64,000 bases of DNA from the human T2T-CHM13v2.0 reference genome, Homo sapiens. The stretch lies in NCBI RefSeq assembly GCF_009914755.1, contig NC_060944.1, one strand, 5' to 3'. The notes beneath the pieces are model-generated. The model did not search any database. It saw only the letters and a list, made by a program, of their open reading frames with translations, and was not told the origin of the DNA. Position 1 is the first letter of the stretch; each line of letters begins with the position of its first letter. Of this stretch, positions 1-13,879 are shown piece after piece. Position numbers and translations under genes: made by a program.

Positions 1-99
1 TGTGTTAGCCAGGATGGTCTCGATCTTCTGACCTCATGATCCGCCCGCCTGGGCCTCCCAAAGTGCCGGGATTGCAGGCGTGAGCCACTGCACCTGGCC
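1..99 (-). mobile_element. Alu (AluY/Sc-like), left arm, cut by window edge
   Basis: gttagccaggatggtctcgatc...cctcccaaagtgccgggattgcaggcgtgagccactgcacctggcc is the reverse complement of the Alu 5' end. Confidence 0.95.
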
Positions 100-109
100 C
101 TCTCTCTTC

Positions 110-250
110 TTTTTCATTCATCCCACAAATACTTTCTGAGCAACCACCATGTGGCAGGCATTGTTCTAGGTATTTTTGATCCAAAATGATAAAAAAACAA
201 CCATTGCTTCTTGCCTCAAGAAGTTTACATTCTAGTGGAAATAAAGCTAA
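110..250 (-). mobile_element. L2 3' end fragment
   Basis: ttcattcatcccacaaatactttctgagcaaccaccatgtggcaggcattgttctagg resembles the reverse-complemented L2 tail. Confidence 0.55.
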
Positions 251-319
251 CCCTAGTAAGTAATTATCATGGTAGTGTCTTCAGGTGACTGTCTACAAGA
301 TATTGATTAATCACAGAAA

Positions 320-985
320 GAAAATAGAGGACACTTGGCAGACACTGCATAAACAAAGTGATCAGAATTAACCTCACCAGTAATGGGACAAATTACTTGT
401 ATGGCTCCATGATGCAATGCCCTGGGAACACAATGTAACCTCAGTTGCACGTGAGCCCATAATGCATAGCTTGAGTCTAAACACAAGGAAACATCAGACA
501 AATCCAAATTCAAGGCCATTCTACAACATAGCTCACCTGTACCAAAAATGAAAGAAAAATTAAGGAACTATTTCTGATTAAAAAATACTAAGGTTTACGA
601 ACCATTCTTTTTTTTCTTTTTCTTTTGCTGTAAATGGTCTTACTAGGTCCATGGGCAAAATCTAAATTAGATCTATAGTTTAGAAATAATGCTGGATCAA
701 TGTTAATTTCCTGATTTTGATCATTATACTGGGATAAGGAGGGAATGTTCTTATTTGACAAAATATGCTCTCAAATATTTAAGAATAAAAAGAAAAAAAG
801 TAGACACCATGTCTGCAACCTACCCCAAAGGAGTGAAAACAAATCTATAGAGAAGGAGAATGATAATGCGAATGTGGATAAGTGTTAACTTTTGGAGAAC
901 TGGGGTGAAGGGTACACAGGAAGTTCTCATATTATTCTTGCAAATTTTCTGTAAGTCCAAGATTATTTCAAAATTTAAAAAAGCA
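320..985 (+). mobile_element. Old L1M (L1MC/ME-type) 3' UTR fragment
   Basis: acatcagacaaatccaaattcaaggccattctacaa; aatgttaatttcctgattttgatcattatact; gggtacacaggaagttctcatattattcttgcaaattttctgtaag are typical L1MC/ME 3' motifs. Confidence 0.7.
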
Positions 986-2505
986 TTTTTACCCATAAAA
1001 ACCATTTCCAGAAATTTTGGGAATTTCCAGAGTTCTTTGCATGTCTAATCAATTGCAGTTTATGACTCAATGCCAACAGATGTTATATTAAAGACATATT
1101 TAAATCTCTAAAATAAAATAACCATAAGGGAAGATCTGTTACTTAATAAATGCTTTCCTGAGAATTTCTAAATGTTCTTATTTGTATTAAGTTCTTTAGG
1201 CATTGGTGCTTGTTTGTTTCATCTTTTGGCAGAGAAACTCCTCTTTCAAATAACATTTTATGCAGCTTGTTTTCATATAAAACTAACCCAAGCCTGAGAT
1301 CTAACAACCTCTTATACCCAAAGAAGACTCTGATATCTTGGTGGGTTCCCTATGCTTTGGGAACCAAATTTAAACAGCTTTCTCCAGAGAATCCAGGTGG
1401 AAATAGCTTCAAAAAAAGAGATACTTCCATCTTCCTTAATTTTTAAGGCTACATGTACTTCATACATCAGTGTTGCATAAATCAACTATTTATCATGTTC
1501 TTTTTTAAAATATAGAACTGGAACAAAACACCTGTCTGGCAACCTGTAAATCATTCTTTATCATTTTTCGTGTCCAATAAATTGTTTAAGAAAAATTTTT
1601 TAAGATGCACACAGGAAAAAGGAAACTCTTATATTTCAGACCATGCTGAAACAATCAAATGATTTATCAACAGCTCCAGGAAGATGTCATGAAATTGTGA
1701 AATATGAAAGGAAAGGGATGGCTTATCTGAGCTTAGATACACAAGTCGGTTCCAAAAAAGCAGTAAGCCAGGAGTCAGACATCCCAGCTCAGTGAATAGT
1801 GCCCTGAAGTCCCCTGTTTGAGTTACAGTCCTTAGACATCATTTTTCTCATCACACCGTGTTGTAATTAGATCGGATACTTCAGTTAAGGCATCAGGGAA
1901 CCAACTCAAACTGACTTGTGTAAGTAGCTCCAGTCAGGGCCTAATCTAGGAGCTCTTAGGATGTGACCAAGGGGCTTGTTTTCTTTAGCGCTGGGCTCTG
2001 TTCTCCATGGCTTCGTAAGGCTTCGCCTCATAGTAATAAAATGGCTGCAGCTGCCCCAGCCCTAATCTCTTTTTACCACCCTGACTAGAGGAGAGAAAAT
2101 CTTCCTTCTAGGACCTCTAGAAGAGTAATCACTTGCCTTGCTTCAGACAAGGTCACATGGCCATTCTTACACCTATCATTGGCTTAAGCCAGATGGATCC
2201 CAAAGTGACCAACCTCACTTACAATTTATTCCTGCTTGGCTGAAGGAAATAGGGATTCTGTTGGGTGGGAGATAGGAAACTAGGTGCTTGGGAAGCACTT
2301 CAAATTGATGTGCACTACACACTCCAACCCCAAATCTTCTTTTCTTAAGCCATTGAGTGGAGAGACCAGTGGTGAAGTTGGAAAGGAGCAAGGAAGAGAT
2401 GAAAGAAATTGGCCTCCTGAAACAAGTGGTCTTCATAGAGCAACCTCTGGAAGGAGGAGACCTCCAAGGGCCTCTAAAGTTCTCTCCAGCCCTGAGGCTG
2501 CACCT

Positions 2506-2700
2506 GCACAAGGACTCTGGATGTGTGTATCCCTGCCACCATGTGGGAGACACTGTGGGAGGGTTTTTACACGGGACTCCAGATGTGTGTGTCACCTGCC
2601 ACCGTGTGGGAGACACTGTGGGAGGGGTTTTACACAGGACTTCGGATGTGAGTGTCACCGGCCACTGTGTGGGAGACGCTGTGGGAGGGGTTTTATTCAT
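2506..2700. repeat. ~63-bp tandem repeat, 3 copies, probably derived from a MIR tail
   Basis: gtgggagac anchor at 2543, 2606 and 2669 (period 63); continues into MIR-like aatcctcac...atgaggtggg. Confidence 0.85.
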
Positions 2701-3164
2701 ATCAGTTCTTCAAATCCTCACTCTCATGCCATGAGGTGGGTGATGGCATTGCACTTGGAGAAGGGGCACTGGGCACTGGCTGGTAAACCGATTGGCCTCC
2801 ACCATGCAGCTGGAATTTGACAGCATCCTGATCCAAAAACCAGTTGTCAGATGGCAAATGCCATGTTCTTAACCACTCTGCTCTTCATGAAAACGTGCAC
2901 GATGAACACTACATCATCTTTGGAAAATTAAAAAAAGGCTTAGGGGGCGTTCATTAGGAGGGATGTTATGGACAGCAGTGGGCACAGGGCTGTTCCTTCC
3001 TCACCAAGTATCTAGTGTGTACCTACTCTGCACTTACTTCTCTCTCCAAGAAGGAGTCTTTCCTCGGGAAGTGGGGACCTGCCCAGTGCCGCAAGATTTC
3101 CTGGAGCCTGGGTTGGTCTCTAGGTCAGCCGCTTGGTCTTCATTGTGCCAATGATGCTTTGGCA

Positions 3165-3570
3165 GTGTGGATAACCTACAGACCCCTTCTCAGAATGATA
3201 CTTATAAACATTCAAAACACAGAATCACAAAGGAAACCAATTATGTAAAAATGCACTTATCAAAACATAAAAACACTGTTATATGATAATAATGATCTTC
3301 TTTAACAAAGAGCTAGCAGTGGATCTAATACTGACCATAATTTTAAGGTATCGAGTTGTGTACAGGATGATTTCAGATATCCATGAAAACAGTTATCTGA
3401 GATATGAAGATACCCATGATCTTTATGGGTGATAAAACACAGGTTTTACTAATACTACCGTAGCTTGCTGTCACATTCATAACCAAAGCACATGCTAAGT
3501 TTCTAAGGCAAGTGAAAGAAGAGGTGTAGGTTTTTCTCCTCACCCAAGTTCATGACCCTCTGAAATTAGA
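3165..3570. mobile_element. hAT-Charlie-type DNA transposon fossil (Charlie4/MER80-like; family uncertain)
   Basis: gaccccttctcagaat...acaaaggaaaccaattat...tactaatactaccgt...ccaagttcatgaccctctgaaat. Confidence 0.5.
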
Positions 3571-4477
3571 TGAAACCTTGCCATAGAGAAGGAGCCCCCA
3601 CAGCGACAATGTTCTTTGGGGAGAAGTGGTGCAGACTTAATTTATAAGGAAACTTTTCTATGTAAAGTTTGAGTACATTAAGGAAGAAGCTCATGTCATT
3701 TATATCTTGGAGAATACTTCCTTCCAGTTTTCATTCTGAATTACATTCTACCTACCTCCTCCCCAAGAGAGAAGGCTGAGCGCAGCACATGGGTCTGTGT
3801 TTCCTCCAGCTGGCCCCAGAGAGCGAATGCCCACATGCAATCACTGAGCGGAGAAAGATATTTTTGTTGGTTTAAGCAGAGGGTAGAAATCTAATAATTT
3901 GCTCACATTTAGTTGATAATAAAAAAAGCAACTGTGAAAGATTATTTTAGAATCTAGAGTTCATATACATATGTATGATGAAAGGAAATAGCATTCTTCA
4001 AAGAAGACATTTTCCAATTCAGACCATGTTTCTCAGATGCACTTATTTTGAAAATTAAAAATTAGCATTTCGGTGTCTCAAACTTTTCCTGAGATAGGAA
4101 AACCACTCAAGCTTGGTTATAAAACTGGAGTCACAGAGGCTGGCTGGATCCTGGTGACGTTTTTTTTTTAAATCCAGAACAAAAAATCCAATTATTTTAT
4201 TACATTTTTAACTTAGGTTCTCTTCCAAGAGGGAGTGGAGGCTAGAGCCACACAATTTATGAGTCAGGGTCAGGCTGAAGAAAGGAATGCATCTCTCTCC
4301 TTTAAAATATTTCTGAACTCTTCTCTCTTGCCAAGAGGAAAAGCAACACTGACTGCAGAGATCCTGGGTGAAGAATCTGCAGGGCTCCCTGCTACCTCCG
4401 ACCCAGAAAAGACCCCAAGCCAAATAGTGTCTCAATCTAAGCAGGAGCTTAGAATTGTAGAGGACACCTGAGTTGCT

Positions 4478-4830
4478 ATCTTAGACAGTTTGGGATGCCA
4501 GAACAAAATGCCATAAGCTGGGGGGCTTAAACAGCATTTGTTTCTTATGCTTATGGAGGCAGAAAGTCTGTAACTAAGGAGCTGACTTGGTGGAATTCTT
4601 GGTGAGGGCTCACTTTCTGGTTTGCAAACAGCTGCCTTCTTGCTGTGTCCTCTATGGCAAAGAGATAGCACACTCTGATATCTTCATCTTTTATAAGGAC
4701 ATAATCTCATCCTAGGAGCACCACCTTCATGACCTCATCTAAACAAAATTACCTCCCAAAGACCCCACCTCAAAATATCACACTGGGGATTAGGAATCAA
4801 CATATAGATTTGGGGGCAACACAGGCAGTT
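4478..4830 (-). mobile_element. MaLR solo LTR (MLT1A/B-like)
   Basis: aacaaaatgccataagctggggggcttaaac...ggtgagggctc...ttataaggac...atgacctcatctaa...cccaaagacccc. Confidence 0.75.
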
Positions 4831-4897
4831 CAAAGCAGCTGCATATTTTCAAAGATCTTTAAAGGTCTAGTAAATCCAAATCTTTTATCAATATGCA

Positions 4898-5475
4898 CTG
4901 TGATTATTACTTTTAGTCATCACCTGGATTAAGGAATGCCTAGATAGCTAGCCAAGCATTATTTCCAGGTGTATCTGTGAGGATGCTTTCACAGGATATT
5001 GGCATATGAGTTTCTGGACTAGGTTGGAGAGATCCACCCTCAATGTGGGGTTGGGGAGGCACCATCCAATCAGCTGGCCCAAATAGAACATAAAGGCAGA
5101 GGAAAGTTGAATTTGCTCGCTCCCTCTCTTACCCCCTCTCTCTTCCTCCTGGAGCTGGGACCTCCTCCTTCTCCTGCCCTTGGACACCAGAACTCCAGAT
5201 TCTATGACCTTTGCACTCCAAGACTGTCACCAGTGGCCCCCTGAATTTTCAGACTGTCCTTTTTTGACTGAGTTATACTACCAGCTTCTATGATTTTGAG
5301 GCTTTTAAATCTGGACTGAGCCACCTTATCACTTTCCCTCGTTATCCAGCTTACAGACAGCCTATGGTGGGACTTAGCCTCTAATCAAGTGAGCAAATTT
5401 CCCTAACAAATCCCCTCTCATCTCTATCTATCTATCTGGCATCTCCTATTGGTTCTGTCTCTCTGGAGAACTTCA
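4898..5475 (+). mobile_element. ERVL LTR (MLT2-type)
   Basis: ctggattaaggaatgcctagatagc...gtatctgtgagg...cctgcccttggacaccagaactccag...tcctattggttctgtctctctggagaac. Confidence 0.85.
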
Positions 5476-5559
5476 ACTTTGTGAGATAGCTGTCCTGTTT
5501 ACTTCATGCTACAAAGTATCAACTATATTTATCCTTTAAAAAAAATTATTTTCTTGGAT

Positions 5560-6210
5560 AATATAGTAAGCATTTGTTTTAAAATTATTTAAAAAATAAA
5601 CTCATAAAGAAGAAACTGAAAGTCATTTGAAAGTCCTTGGTCCAGAAATAACCATTATTTTCATTTGATGAACAAATATGTTTCTAATCCTCTCTCTATA
5701 CATCTGCATGTTCATATATGTCTACAGGTAAAATTTTATTTAAAAGGTATGCATTAAACAGAACTTTCTTTTATATTGATTTTTCAACTCAAAACCTTTT
5801 CTTATTACCAAATATAGATAGCCATCATCATGGGTGTCATAGTAACCCATAGCATATCTGTAAAGTAATTTGTGAGAATGCCCACCCCTCCATTGGTAGA
5901 TATTTCTGTTGTTTCCTGCTGTAATGGACAGCCTGCACAAGTGGCTCTGTGTCTTGCCTAATGCTCTTCTGAGAAAAAGTGTCTGGAATTGGAAAAGGAG
6001 ATGAGCACATTTCATGCATCATCCTGCAGAGAAGTTACAGTCTTTCACTCTCACCGACCCCATCAGGGGTACCTATTTCAACACACCAACACCAGTTGCA
6101 GATTTTATTAATCTTTCTGACCTTTACCAATCTTACTGCTCAAACTCCTTCCTGCTTTGATTTACATATATTTGATGCAAATTTGAACCAATTTTTTATT
6201 GGCTAGCCAG
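5560..6210 (-). mobile_element. Old L1ME-type fragment
   Basis: AT-rich, diverged L1 3' motifs (ccagaaataaccatt; tctggaattg; caccaacacc; tgctttgatttacat). Confidence 0.45.
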
Positions 6211-8421
6211 ACAATTTTTTTTAGAAAAAGCACACAAATTATTATGATGAGGAAGGTACTTTGTAGGCATTAGATAGTTAATGTTAGTTAACAGCTGAAG
6301 AATCTTGAAAAATAAGCTCTACTAAAACAAATCCTAAACTTTTTCAAGATGCTAAATAATTCTGAGTCAGAAATAGTATTACTTAGAATCCCTACACGCA
6401 CACACACACACACTTTTCTTATTCAGTGATCAGAGCTCTTGGTCCATTCTTCAATCGCCACTATTCTGCCTGCAAAAGACAGAGAATGGGAAGTGTTGGT
6501 GCCCCTGTTTGTAGAGATTGGAATTATAGTGTTGGCCATATCTGGGTTAGAAACCTGACTCCACCCCATACCCACTGACATCAAGTTTGTTTTCTTTCCT
6601 TTTTTCCTAAAAATGTTACCTATATTCTTAAAAGTAGGTATTTTGGGCTAAGTAAATATCATCATTTTCATTTTGCACATAGAAGTGGAAAAAAATTATA
6701 TTACTTGCCCAAAGGAAAAAAAATATGTGTACATTTATGTAGCATCTGCATACTCATCATATCCATTTCCCAATGTGATTCCTTTCCTGGATAAGAATAG
6801 AGAGGGCTGGTGTTCCCATGTCTTGAATAAAGACATGGCAGCCCAAGCAATGCATGACTGGCCAGGATCTGACATCTAAATGGTAGATTATGGCTGCAGC
6901 AGAGTCATCGTGACTCCTAGTCCGGCATTCTCCCCACCCTCTATGCTATAAGGAAAACAAAATGTAATGAAATAGCCCTTTTAACAACTGCAACTTGGAG
7001 CCAAGGCCACCAATGGCACAATCACTAAAAACCCCACAGACAACGCCCAGTCAAACCACAGTCTGGGAACAGACCCCAGACAGCCCCTTGTGGGCCCAGG
7101 CCCTCTCTGAGTTCTTCATCCCATGAAAGGGTTCTGTGAAATCTGACCATTTGTCATTCTCAAAGAACCAAAATTAAAGACTGTTCTCATGCCACAAGTT
7201 GATTGTTACCATGGGTAGGGATGAAACTATATTTCTCTTTCTCCCACTGTATTTCTTGACCATATAGTTGTGCAACAAATATAAATTAAATATTAGTTAA
7301 ATACATTGTCTCCCCATGGTCTTGAGACTATGAGTCAGCCTTCCTTCTCAACAAAGACACAGTTGATGCCAGAAATTAGCAAGGCAATAATCTGTCTAAC
7401 AGTAAATATTTGCCTAAAGGCCATGTTCTAAATATATGACCCAGTGGAATATATGAGAGGCACCTCCTTTCTTAAGGAGCTCATAACCCAAGCACTAAGA
7501 AGAATAACCACATGAAAAGGCCACCACCACCCACAGTGTGAACATCTGAGACCCTGGCGTCAGAGACAGCCTTTGACTCAGGAAGAAAAAGCTCTGTGCT
7601 GAGTGTCCATTCTCAGCTGGATTCTGCCTTGGTAATGCTACAAACATCCTCAGATAACAATTCCCACTGTCTCCTTGTAAGTATTATCATCTCCCCCGAG
7701 GAGATAGAAAACTAAGGTTCTGCGATAAAAGAAACTTGAACTGGGATCTGGACAATAGTTAAGTTTAATTTCACATCAGAGAGGGTGAGGAGGCAGAGAT
7801 GTGACCTCAGGATGATGGCTTCTAGTCCTGGGTAGATTTGCTCTCATGTCTGAAACTGGAGTACTGGATAAGCCTCGCGGCATGGTCTTGCATCTGGGAA
7901 GTAGAGCTTTCTTCAATTCTTGCAACCGAGGAGGCACCTAGCAATGGTAGAAGTGCTTAGAGAGAGTATTTCCCCAACCACACCCCCTTGAGGGCTTTAA
8001 GCTACATCTCCCAGGACTCTACGTGGCCCCACACAGGGGTTCTCTGTCAAGAGAAATGGAAGTCGAGGAGAAGCTAGAACCTCAGTGTTCTCTTTTGTCG
8101 TGCAGGCATGAGGTCCCTGTACCATCTCAGCTGAAGCACAAGTGTGAGTTCATCCCATCACCTTTCTGTCCCTATTCAATGGATTAAATTTAGCAATTAT
8201 GACATAAGGCTGAAAAAGACAACTCAAAACTCCAAGAATCATCCAATGTTGAGTGACGTAAGGGTGGGAGGAAGAGAAGTTAAAAATAACAGATGCATGA
8301 AAACACTCAGCTTAATAAAATAAATATATCCAAGTCCATGAGGACAAAGTGATTGAAATACTTAGCGTTCAGGATTGTCCAAAAGACCTTTCTGTGCTAA
8401 TATGCAACTCTTTCACATCTA

Positions 8422-8720
8422 CACTACCCAATACAGTAGCCCCCAGCCGTGTGTAGCTACAGAGAAACTGACTAGTGCCATTGAAAAACTCAGTTTTTCA
8501 TTTGGAAATGTGCACAGAATGGACAAAATTCTAGACAAAGTATAACTTCACAAAATCAATTCATGAAGAATTTTTTTAAAAAAACTTGATTTCTGATTGT
8601 ATTGTATTGAATTGTATTGAATTATTTTTTAAAATGTATTGTATTGTATTGAATTATAAGTTTTAAAAATATCAATAGCCACATGTGGCTAGTATCTACA
8701 GTACTGGACAGCACGATAAT
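8422..8720. mobile_element. MER3/MER33-type hAT-Charlie element with internal (TATTG)n expansion
   Basis: ccaatacagtagcccccagccgtgtgtagctac ... atagccacatgtggctagt...gtactggacagcac; the two ends are inverted-repeat-like. Confidence 0.7.
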
Positions 8721-9393
8721 CTAGAACTCTTCTCCCATAAAGAAAAGCACACCGATCAGGTAATTAAGGGAGCAGACTGGGAAGCCAGGCTTAAACAAAG
8801 TCTGGAGGGGATGGTGGGGAAAGTAATGAAGTGCTGTGAGGACAACGGCTGGTGGATGAGATGGGAGCTCATGTAACCTGCCAAGGCAAAGAGGAAGAAG
8901 ATGGGAGGCAGTCCTCATTAAAAAATATAGAGGGCAGGGCCCCAAAGATCTTTCCACCAGTTCACTTCACTTTAAAGATTAAGAAATCAATCTCCACATA
9001 GTAATGATTTGCCTGGTCATATTAGCCTGGCAGAGGTTGAGCTGTGTCTGCAAGGTTAACCTCCTGATTCTGAATTCAAATGGTTCACAATTGTTCTTCA
9101 CCACCTTGGGGAGAGTAAAGATAATTTAAATTGTTAGTCAAAGAAACTGTGCTAGACAAAGAGGAGCATTTCTGACTGCAGAGGCCCTAGGACCACTGGA
9201 ACCAGATTCCCCAGAGAGCTGAGGCTGCTCATTGTCCGACCTACTGCCTGGCATTACAGTCAGAACGCAGGGTGGGCACAAGGCAGAAGCTCCTAAGGGA
9301 AATGACAACTCCATGTGGACCCCTTTGGCTCTTTGCAAAAATTAGATGAGGCAAACCTACCACAATAGCTGGTCAGATTTAGAAACTCTAGAA

Positions 9394-9618
9394 CAGTGGC
9401 TCTTGGCTAGGGTGATTTTTCTCCACCCAACCCCAAGGACATTCAGCAATGTCTGGAGACACTTTTTGGATGTCACTAGGTGGGGAAGGGGAGCTATGGG
9501 CCTCTTGCAGATAGAGAACAGGGACACTGCTAAACATCCCCCAACACACAGGACAGCCCCCTATCACAAAGAATTACCCTGCCCAAAATGTCAATAGTAC
9601 CCAGATTGAGAAACCTTG
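9394..9618. mobile_element. MER20 DNA transposon
   Basis: cagtgg...gggtgattt...gcaatgtctggagacac...gctaaacatcc...cacaggacagcccc...caaaatgtcaatagt...ttgagaaaccttg; flanks ctctagaa / gtctagag resemble an 8-bp hAT TSD. Confidence 0.9.
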
Positions 9619-11044
9619 GTCTAGAGTAATATGGGTGAATAGCATTTAAATTCCCATCATAGCATTCTCTGTCATGTGGAATACAGCAAGAATTCTTACA
9701 CTGCCAAGGACATGAGTGGCTTCAAAGATCCTTCACATTTTTTTACCATCTCCTGTACCCCCTCCTAGCATCTAAAGGGGTCTAGAAAGGCCTGATACAG
9801 AGGATTCTATATTGTTATTGATTAGAGCAAGTCATGACATCATCGGGAGACAGAGGCACACACATGAGACACGTTTGAATCTCAGTCCAGAGTTCAGGCA
9901 TGCCACACATCATACTGCATTCCCTTCTTTACACTGACCCAGTATGGAGGCAGAGACAAGTATAGACCACACCGTCAAGAGGGTTGACTAAAACTGCCTT
10001 TACCAAAAGAGAGGCAAGAAAATGGAAGTGTACCTGTAGAAGGATCTGGGTTTAAGAATGTGTGAAAGGATTATAATATTTAAAAGTTAAAATCATGACT
10101 CAGATAAACATAAAATTAATATTTGTCCAAGATTTTATTCAATTTATTAATTAATGAAGAAACAGAGGTAATGGTAAAATGTTACCTCTGTTTCCAAGGA
10201 GAATTCAAACTACCACACTTCAATAACTGAATTAGGAATGCTGAAATAAATTTTATAAATAGATGCCGAACTTGCTTTTTCCACAGAGTCAGAAGAAAAA
10301 TTAATTGTCTTTACACAAAACAGAATTTGTGTATTCATGGGTAAGTATCATTTTATTGCTATCAATCAGGTATCTACAACTCACATAGTTATAAAATAGC
10401 TCAAAGACAATGAAAGGTACAGAGCACTCCCCGCTCCACCCCGAGAAGCAGATAAAAGGGAAACTATGTCTAAACAATACCTGTTTTCCACAGAAGCCAT
10501 CCACTAAGCTTTTGGTGCATTTCAAAGTCCTTCACAATTTTCCCCACAGAAGTTCATGTGGCTCCCATTTTTGGGGGATATTGTGACATGTTTCTATGCA
10601 GATTGGAATGATAGGGAAAATTCGGGAATTCAAGAAAGAGAAAGGAGAATTGGAAGAACAAACTCCTAAATGCAAGAGAAGGACATGTGGCTGAGTAAGC
10701 AAGCTGCAGGGCTGGCCTTCAGTGGGAGCATGGAACCCTCAGGGACACACTAGGAGGAAAGTGAGAGCACGCATGCCAGAAAGAGGCAGTCAGTAGATGC
10801 CATGGTGGTGGGGTGATGGGGCAACTCCCTTCTGATACACCTGCTCCTCAAGGCAGTCAGAAGTGAGGACATGGATGGAGAGTGAAGTGGGTGCAGAGGG
10901 TGATGGACATTTAGCAATGGCAACAGATGTCATATGGCCATTCCCATGATACCAAGGATGAGCAGAATAGAGAGATCCAGTGGTGCAGATGGGCATGGGT
11001 AAGGGCCAGCGGGGACTCCATGAATGACTTTACAACATGACCAG

Positions 11045-11990
11045 AACCACTGGCAAAGGGGTAGATGCATAGATCAATGGAACAGAATAGAGAACCCAGA
11101 ACAAGACCCACAAATATGCCCAAATGATTTTTTTTTACAAGGTACAAAAGCAATTCAATGGAGGAAAGACAGCCCTTTCAACAAACAGTGCTAAAGCTAC
11201 TGGACACCCACAGGCAAACAAACAAACAAACAAACAAACAAACAAAGAATATCAACCTAAGACTCACACCTTTGAACATAAATAAACTCAAAATGGAGCA
11301 TGGATTTAAATGTAAAAGGTAAAACTATAACCCATTTAGAAAAAAAAAAAAAACAGAAGAATATTTGTAGGATCTGGGACCAGGCAAAGAGTTCTTAGAA
11401 TTGACATCAAAAGTTGGAACATTTGATAAATAGAACTTCATCAAAATTTAAAACTTTTGCTCTGTGAAAGACCCTGTCAAGAGAACAACAACAAAAAAAG
11501 CTACAGACAGGGAGAATGTATTTGAAAACGACATATCTAACAAAGGACTACTATCTAGAATATACGTAGAACTCAACAGTAAAAAACCAACCTAATCAGG
11601 AAACAAGCAAAACACATAAACACACATTTCTCTAAATGGATTAAACAGATGGAAAATAGAAATAGTATGATTCAATTTAAACAATATTCTTGTAATGACA
11701 AATTTAAAAAAATGGAGAACAGATAAGTGGTTTCTTGGCCTTAAGGAAGTGAAAGGGATGGAAGAGAAATGTGGCTGTAAAAAGGCAGCAGGCAGGTCCC
11801 ATGGTGACGGAAATGTCCTTGACTGTATCCACGTCCATATCCTGCTTGTGGTATCATTCTTAGTTCTGCAAGATAATACCTTTAGGGAAACTGGGTAAAA
11901 GATATACAGAATTTCTCTGTATCATTTCTTACAACTGCAAATGGCTCTACAATTATCTCAAAATTTTTTAAAGAAAGCTCAATTAAAACA
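11045..11990 (+). mobile_element. Old L1M (L1MD/MC-type) ORF2-end and 3' fragment with (AAAC)n at 11215-11246
   Basis: atagatcaatggaacagaatagagaacccaga; aaactcaaaatgga; tcatcaaaatttaaaacttttgctctgtgaaagac; ttcttacaactgca...tctacaattatctcaaa. Confidence 0.8.
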
Positions 11991-12164
11991 AATGTGAACA
12001 GTCAGCATGGATGTGGGCTCTGTCCTGGCTATAGTCCTCAGGTGTGCATGTGGGTTAGGGAAAGAATCAGGTTTATCACCTGAATTTGTCAGGTGACAAC
12101 AGTGAAGGGAGCTGAGGCTATATGCCAGGAGAAGAGAGGAAAAGAGACTGGAGCTGGGACTGAA

Positions 12165-12245
12165 TGAGGAGGGAAGAGAGGAAGGGAGGGGAGAGATGGG
12201 AAGGGGAGAGGAAGGGAAGGGAGGGGAGGGGATGAAGTAAGGAGA
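12165..12245. repeat. Polypurine (GA-rich) low-complexity tract
   Basis: gaggagggaagagaggaagggaggggagagatgggaaggggagaggaagggaagggaggggagggg. Confidence 0.85.
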
Positions 12246-12736
12246 TAATGGGTCAGTTGCTGGTGTCCCATTGTTTGCAGTAAGGGTGACAAAATGAGTG
12301 AGCTAGAATGAGAGAAGATGGAATTTTGAGAATGGAATGCTCAAAATTGAGATCTTGGAGATGGAATGACCATGGAAGGGGATTGCTGAAGAGGAGTGGA
12401 TAAAGAGAGTTAGACATGAGGAAGTCAAGGTGCTGAGAAGCCAGGGCAATGGACGGATGATCTCCTTGGATTTTTTAATGTGTTCAAGAGCGAAGACAAA
12501 AGAAGAGTCAGATATTAACATACCCCTTAAGTGAGGGAAGGCGGTATAATCTCGTTGTATGTGCTTCAAATGAGCAGAGGTTTTGCAGGACAAGGGAAGA
12601 GAAGTGGTCTGGTCTGGAAGTAGCAGTTAGGAACAGATACCTACCTCCTTGCAGTCCTCGTGTGTGACAAGGAGAAAAAAAGACCACAAGGAAAAGGTCA
12701 GGAGAGGCTCAGGGAACAGCCAGGTTTTAACTTAGA

Positions 12737-12880
12737 GCTGTGGCTTTCAAAGTGTGGCTGCCAGGCCGGCATCATCAGCATCACCTGGGGACTTACTGGA
12801 AATGCAAATTCTCAGGCCCACCTCAATCCCACATAATCAGAAGCTCTACAGGTGGGGCCCTGGAATTTGTGTTTTAGCAA
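12737..12880. mobile_element. MER5A fragment
   Basis: tcaaagtgtgg...catcagcatcacctgggga...gaaatgcaaattctcaggcccacc...tgtgttttagcaag. Confidence 0.8.
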
Positions 12881-13146
12881 GATATGGCACTATAGCTGGG
12901 TTTGGAAGAGGGGACTGGATACCAAATGCCAATGGCTCAGCGAGGAAATGCATGGTTTGACCTGACCTAAGACAAAGAAAGAGGTGGAAGCGACAGCAAA
13001 CCACAGTGCACGCGTCCTTTCTAACTGGGGCTTGGAGGACTGCAGTATCGTAACTGAACTTTTTTTTTTTTTTTCAAGAAAAGCTGATGCTCTCTCTCTA
13101 TATATATATATATGTATGTAAATTCTCCTGACTTTTAAAGGTTGGT

Positions 13147-13459
<313 letters not shown>

Positions 13460-13879
13460 TTAAATATAGAAAACATTGCACAGGCCATTAAAAAGCACCC
13501 CAACAGACTGCCAGCATGTGTCTGATGTGTAGAGAAGCAGGGGGATTGGGTGAGGATGGACGTTTCAGGGGTGGGAAGCCCAAGGTCTGGTGCTGGCCAT
13601 CAGGGCCTCTGTGAGAAGCTGTGCACAGCCTCACTGGTAAGAGGGAAGGGTGAGGGGAGGGAATTCCCTTTTGTGGCTGAACAATGAGGTGGACAAGATG
13701 AACATACCTCTCCGGGAGCATCTGCATGCCAGAATGAGGAGATGAACTTGGCTTTCTGGGCAGTAAGGACTCCTAGAAATGCTCCAGGAAGGCCAAAGCC
13801 TACCTTTGTTACTAGGGAAACCCATGCCTCAAACGCCCAGCCAGTGTCCTCCATGGGCAGAATGGCAAAGTGGCTCAGA

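Noticed and set aside
2506-2700. Repeat-spacer (CRISPR-like) appearance
   Set aside because: Units are contiguous tandem copies without unique spacers, in primate DNA with no cas genes.
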